Below, in pieces: positions 62,948 to 64,000 of a stretch of 64,000 bases of DNA. A model generated the notes under the pieces. It was not told where the DNA came from. It worked only from the letters and a program-made list of their open reading frames with translations, and did not search any database. The stretch's first letter is position 1. Each line of letters opens with the position of its first letter. The position numbers and the translations under genes are program-made. The DNA lies in the NCBI GenBank assembly GCA_963422395.1, contig OY729431.1, positions 1,664,001 through 1,728,000 of the forward strand, read 5' to 3'. This DNA comes from Vicinamibacteria bacterium (GTDB lineage Bacteria > Acidobacteriota > Vicinamibacteria > Marinacidobacterales > Marinacidobacteraceae).

Positions 62948-64000
62948 TCACCCGCGCCGGCTCGGCCTGCGGCTCGGGATGGTGTTTCCGGCGCTCTCTT
63001 GCCGCGAGACCGGCTCCCGGACACCCTCGCTCCCGACACTCGCCTCCACCGGGCCCGGCCGCGCCTCCACCTCGGGGTTCAGGAGCGCCGGCAGCGTCGG
63101 AGCCGCCTCGCCGGGCGTCTCTTCGATCCCCACATTCCCCATCGCTCGAAACTTCCGGTACCGGGCCCGCCGGCGTTCTCCGGAGTCCATGGCTTCGAGC
63201 TCGCGGAGTGCGCCGAGGAGTCTCTTCCCTAAAACCGCCGCTGCCTGATCGTGGTCGGCGTGGGCGCCGCCCGGAGGCTCCGGGACGATCTCGTCGATGA
63301 GGCCGCGCGCCAGGTGTTCGGGGGCGGTGATCCGCATCCGGGCGGCCGCCTCCTCGGCAGCTTTTGCCGTCTGCTCCGGATCCTTCCACAGGATCGCGGC
63401 GCAACCCTCCGGAGAGATCACCGAATAGATGGCGTTCTGCATCATGAGGATTCGGTCGCCGACCGCGATTCCGAGCGCACCGCCGCTGCCTCCCTCACCG
63501 ATGACCGCCACCACGATCGGGACTTCGAGCCGAGCCATTTCCCGAAGATTGCGGGCGATCGCTTCCGCCTGCCCGCGCTCCTCGGCTTCGATTCCGGGGA
63601 AAGCCCCCGGAGTGTCCACCAGCGAGATCACCGGCCGCTGGAACTTCTCGGCGAGATGCATGAGCCGGAGCGCCTTCCGATAGCCCTCGGGCCGCGGCAT
63701 TCCGTAGTTCCGGCGAATGCGCTCGGTGGTGTCCCGGCCCTTCTGCTGGCCGATCACCATGACCGGCCGGCCGTGGAGCCACGCCGGCCCGCCCACCACC
63801 GCCGGATCGTCGGCGTAGCGCCGATCGCCGTGGATCTCGCTGAAGCCGGTGAATATCCGTTGCAGGTAGTCGAGCGTGTAGGGGCGCTCCGGATGGCGAG
63901 CCACGAGGACTCGCTGCCACGGCGTCAGCCCCGCATAGATGCGCTCGCGGCGCCGCTGGAGTTCCCGTTCGAGTCCGGTGATCTCGGCGCGGTGCCCGTC
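62948..64000 (-). CDS. accA: Acetyl-CoA carboxylase carboxyltransferase alpha subunit (5' end outside the window)
   Basis: [50 protein letters not shown]; frame open to the window edge. Confidence 0.96.
   Translation of the reverse strand, partial: DGHRAEITGLERELQRRRERIYAGLTPWQRVLVARHPERPYTLDYLQRIFTGFSEIHGDRRYADDPAVVGGPAWLHGRPVMVIGQQKGRDTTERIRRNYGMPRPEGYRKALRLMHLAEKFQRPVISLVDTPGAFPGIEAEERGQAEAIARNLREMARLEVPIVVAVIGEGGSGGALGIAVGDRILMMQNAIYSVISPEGCAAILWKDPEQTAKAAEEAAARMRITAPEHLARGLIDEIVPEPPGGAHADHDQAAAVLGKRLLGALRELEAMDSGERRRARYRKFRAMGNVGIEETPGEAAPTLPALLNPEVEARPGPVEASVGSEGVREPVSRQESAGNTIPSRRPSRRG

Overview
High-GC bacterial chromosomal segment (about 70% GC by eye). The gene repertoire (GWxTD protein, three ASPIC/UnbV-CRTAC1 proteins with TPR partners, a carboxypeptidase-regulatory-domain TonB-dependent receptor) points to Acidobacteriota; this is an inference. 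It holds about 47 genes: an atypical addAB-like locus, guanidino/amide hydrolases, a leuA-like gene, fabI, ligA, lysA, a triple-RidA lipoprotein, modABC, an orphan DNA methyltransferase, a CRTAC1/TPR/TonB/TBDR/Mo-oxidoreductase/FMN-oxidase cluster, an S9 peptidase, ligD, two twin-arginine HisC-like aminotransferases and the accA-lptC/A-lptB-rpoN-EIIA-HPr-EI operon. No rRNA, tRNA, CRISPR array or transposase was recognised. Main unusual signals: (1) a modular multi-hairpin repeat family that starts at stop codons, forms an ~780-bp array after rpoN and brackets the PTS genes; (2) a MITE-like family whose terminal inverted repeats contain DnaA-box-like 9-mers; (3) strong window-wide ACGT avoidance; (4) rewired DNA-repair enzymes (split AddA with an apparently dead nuclease subunit, AddB without Fe-S cysteines, LigD with an apparently dead ligase, LigA with a duplicated HhH block); (5) a twin-arginine alpha-hydroxy-acid oxidase carrying a CxxCH motif; (6) a single-base frameshift in the TBDR.
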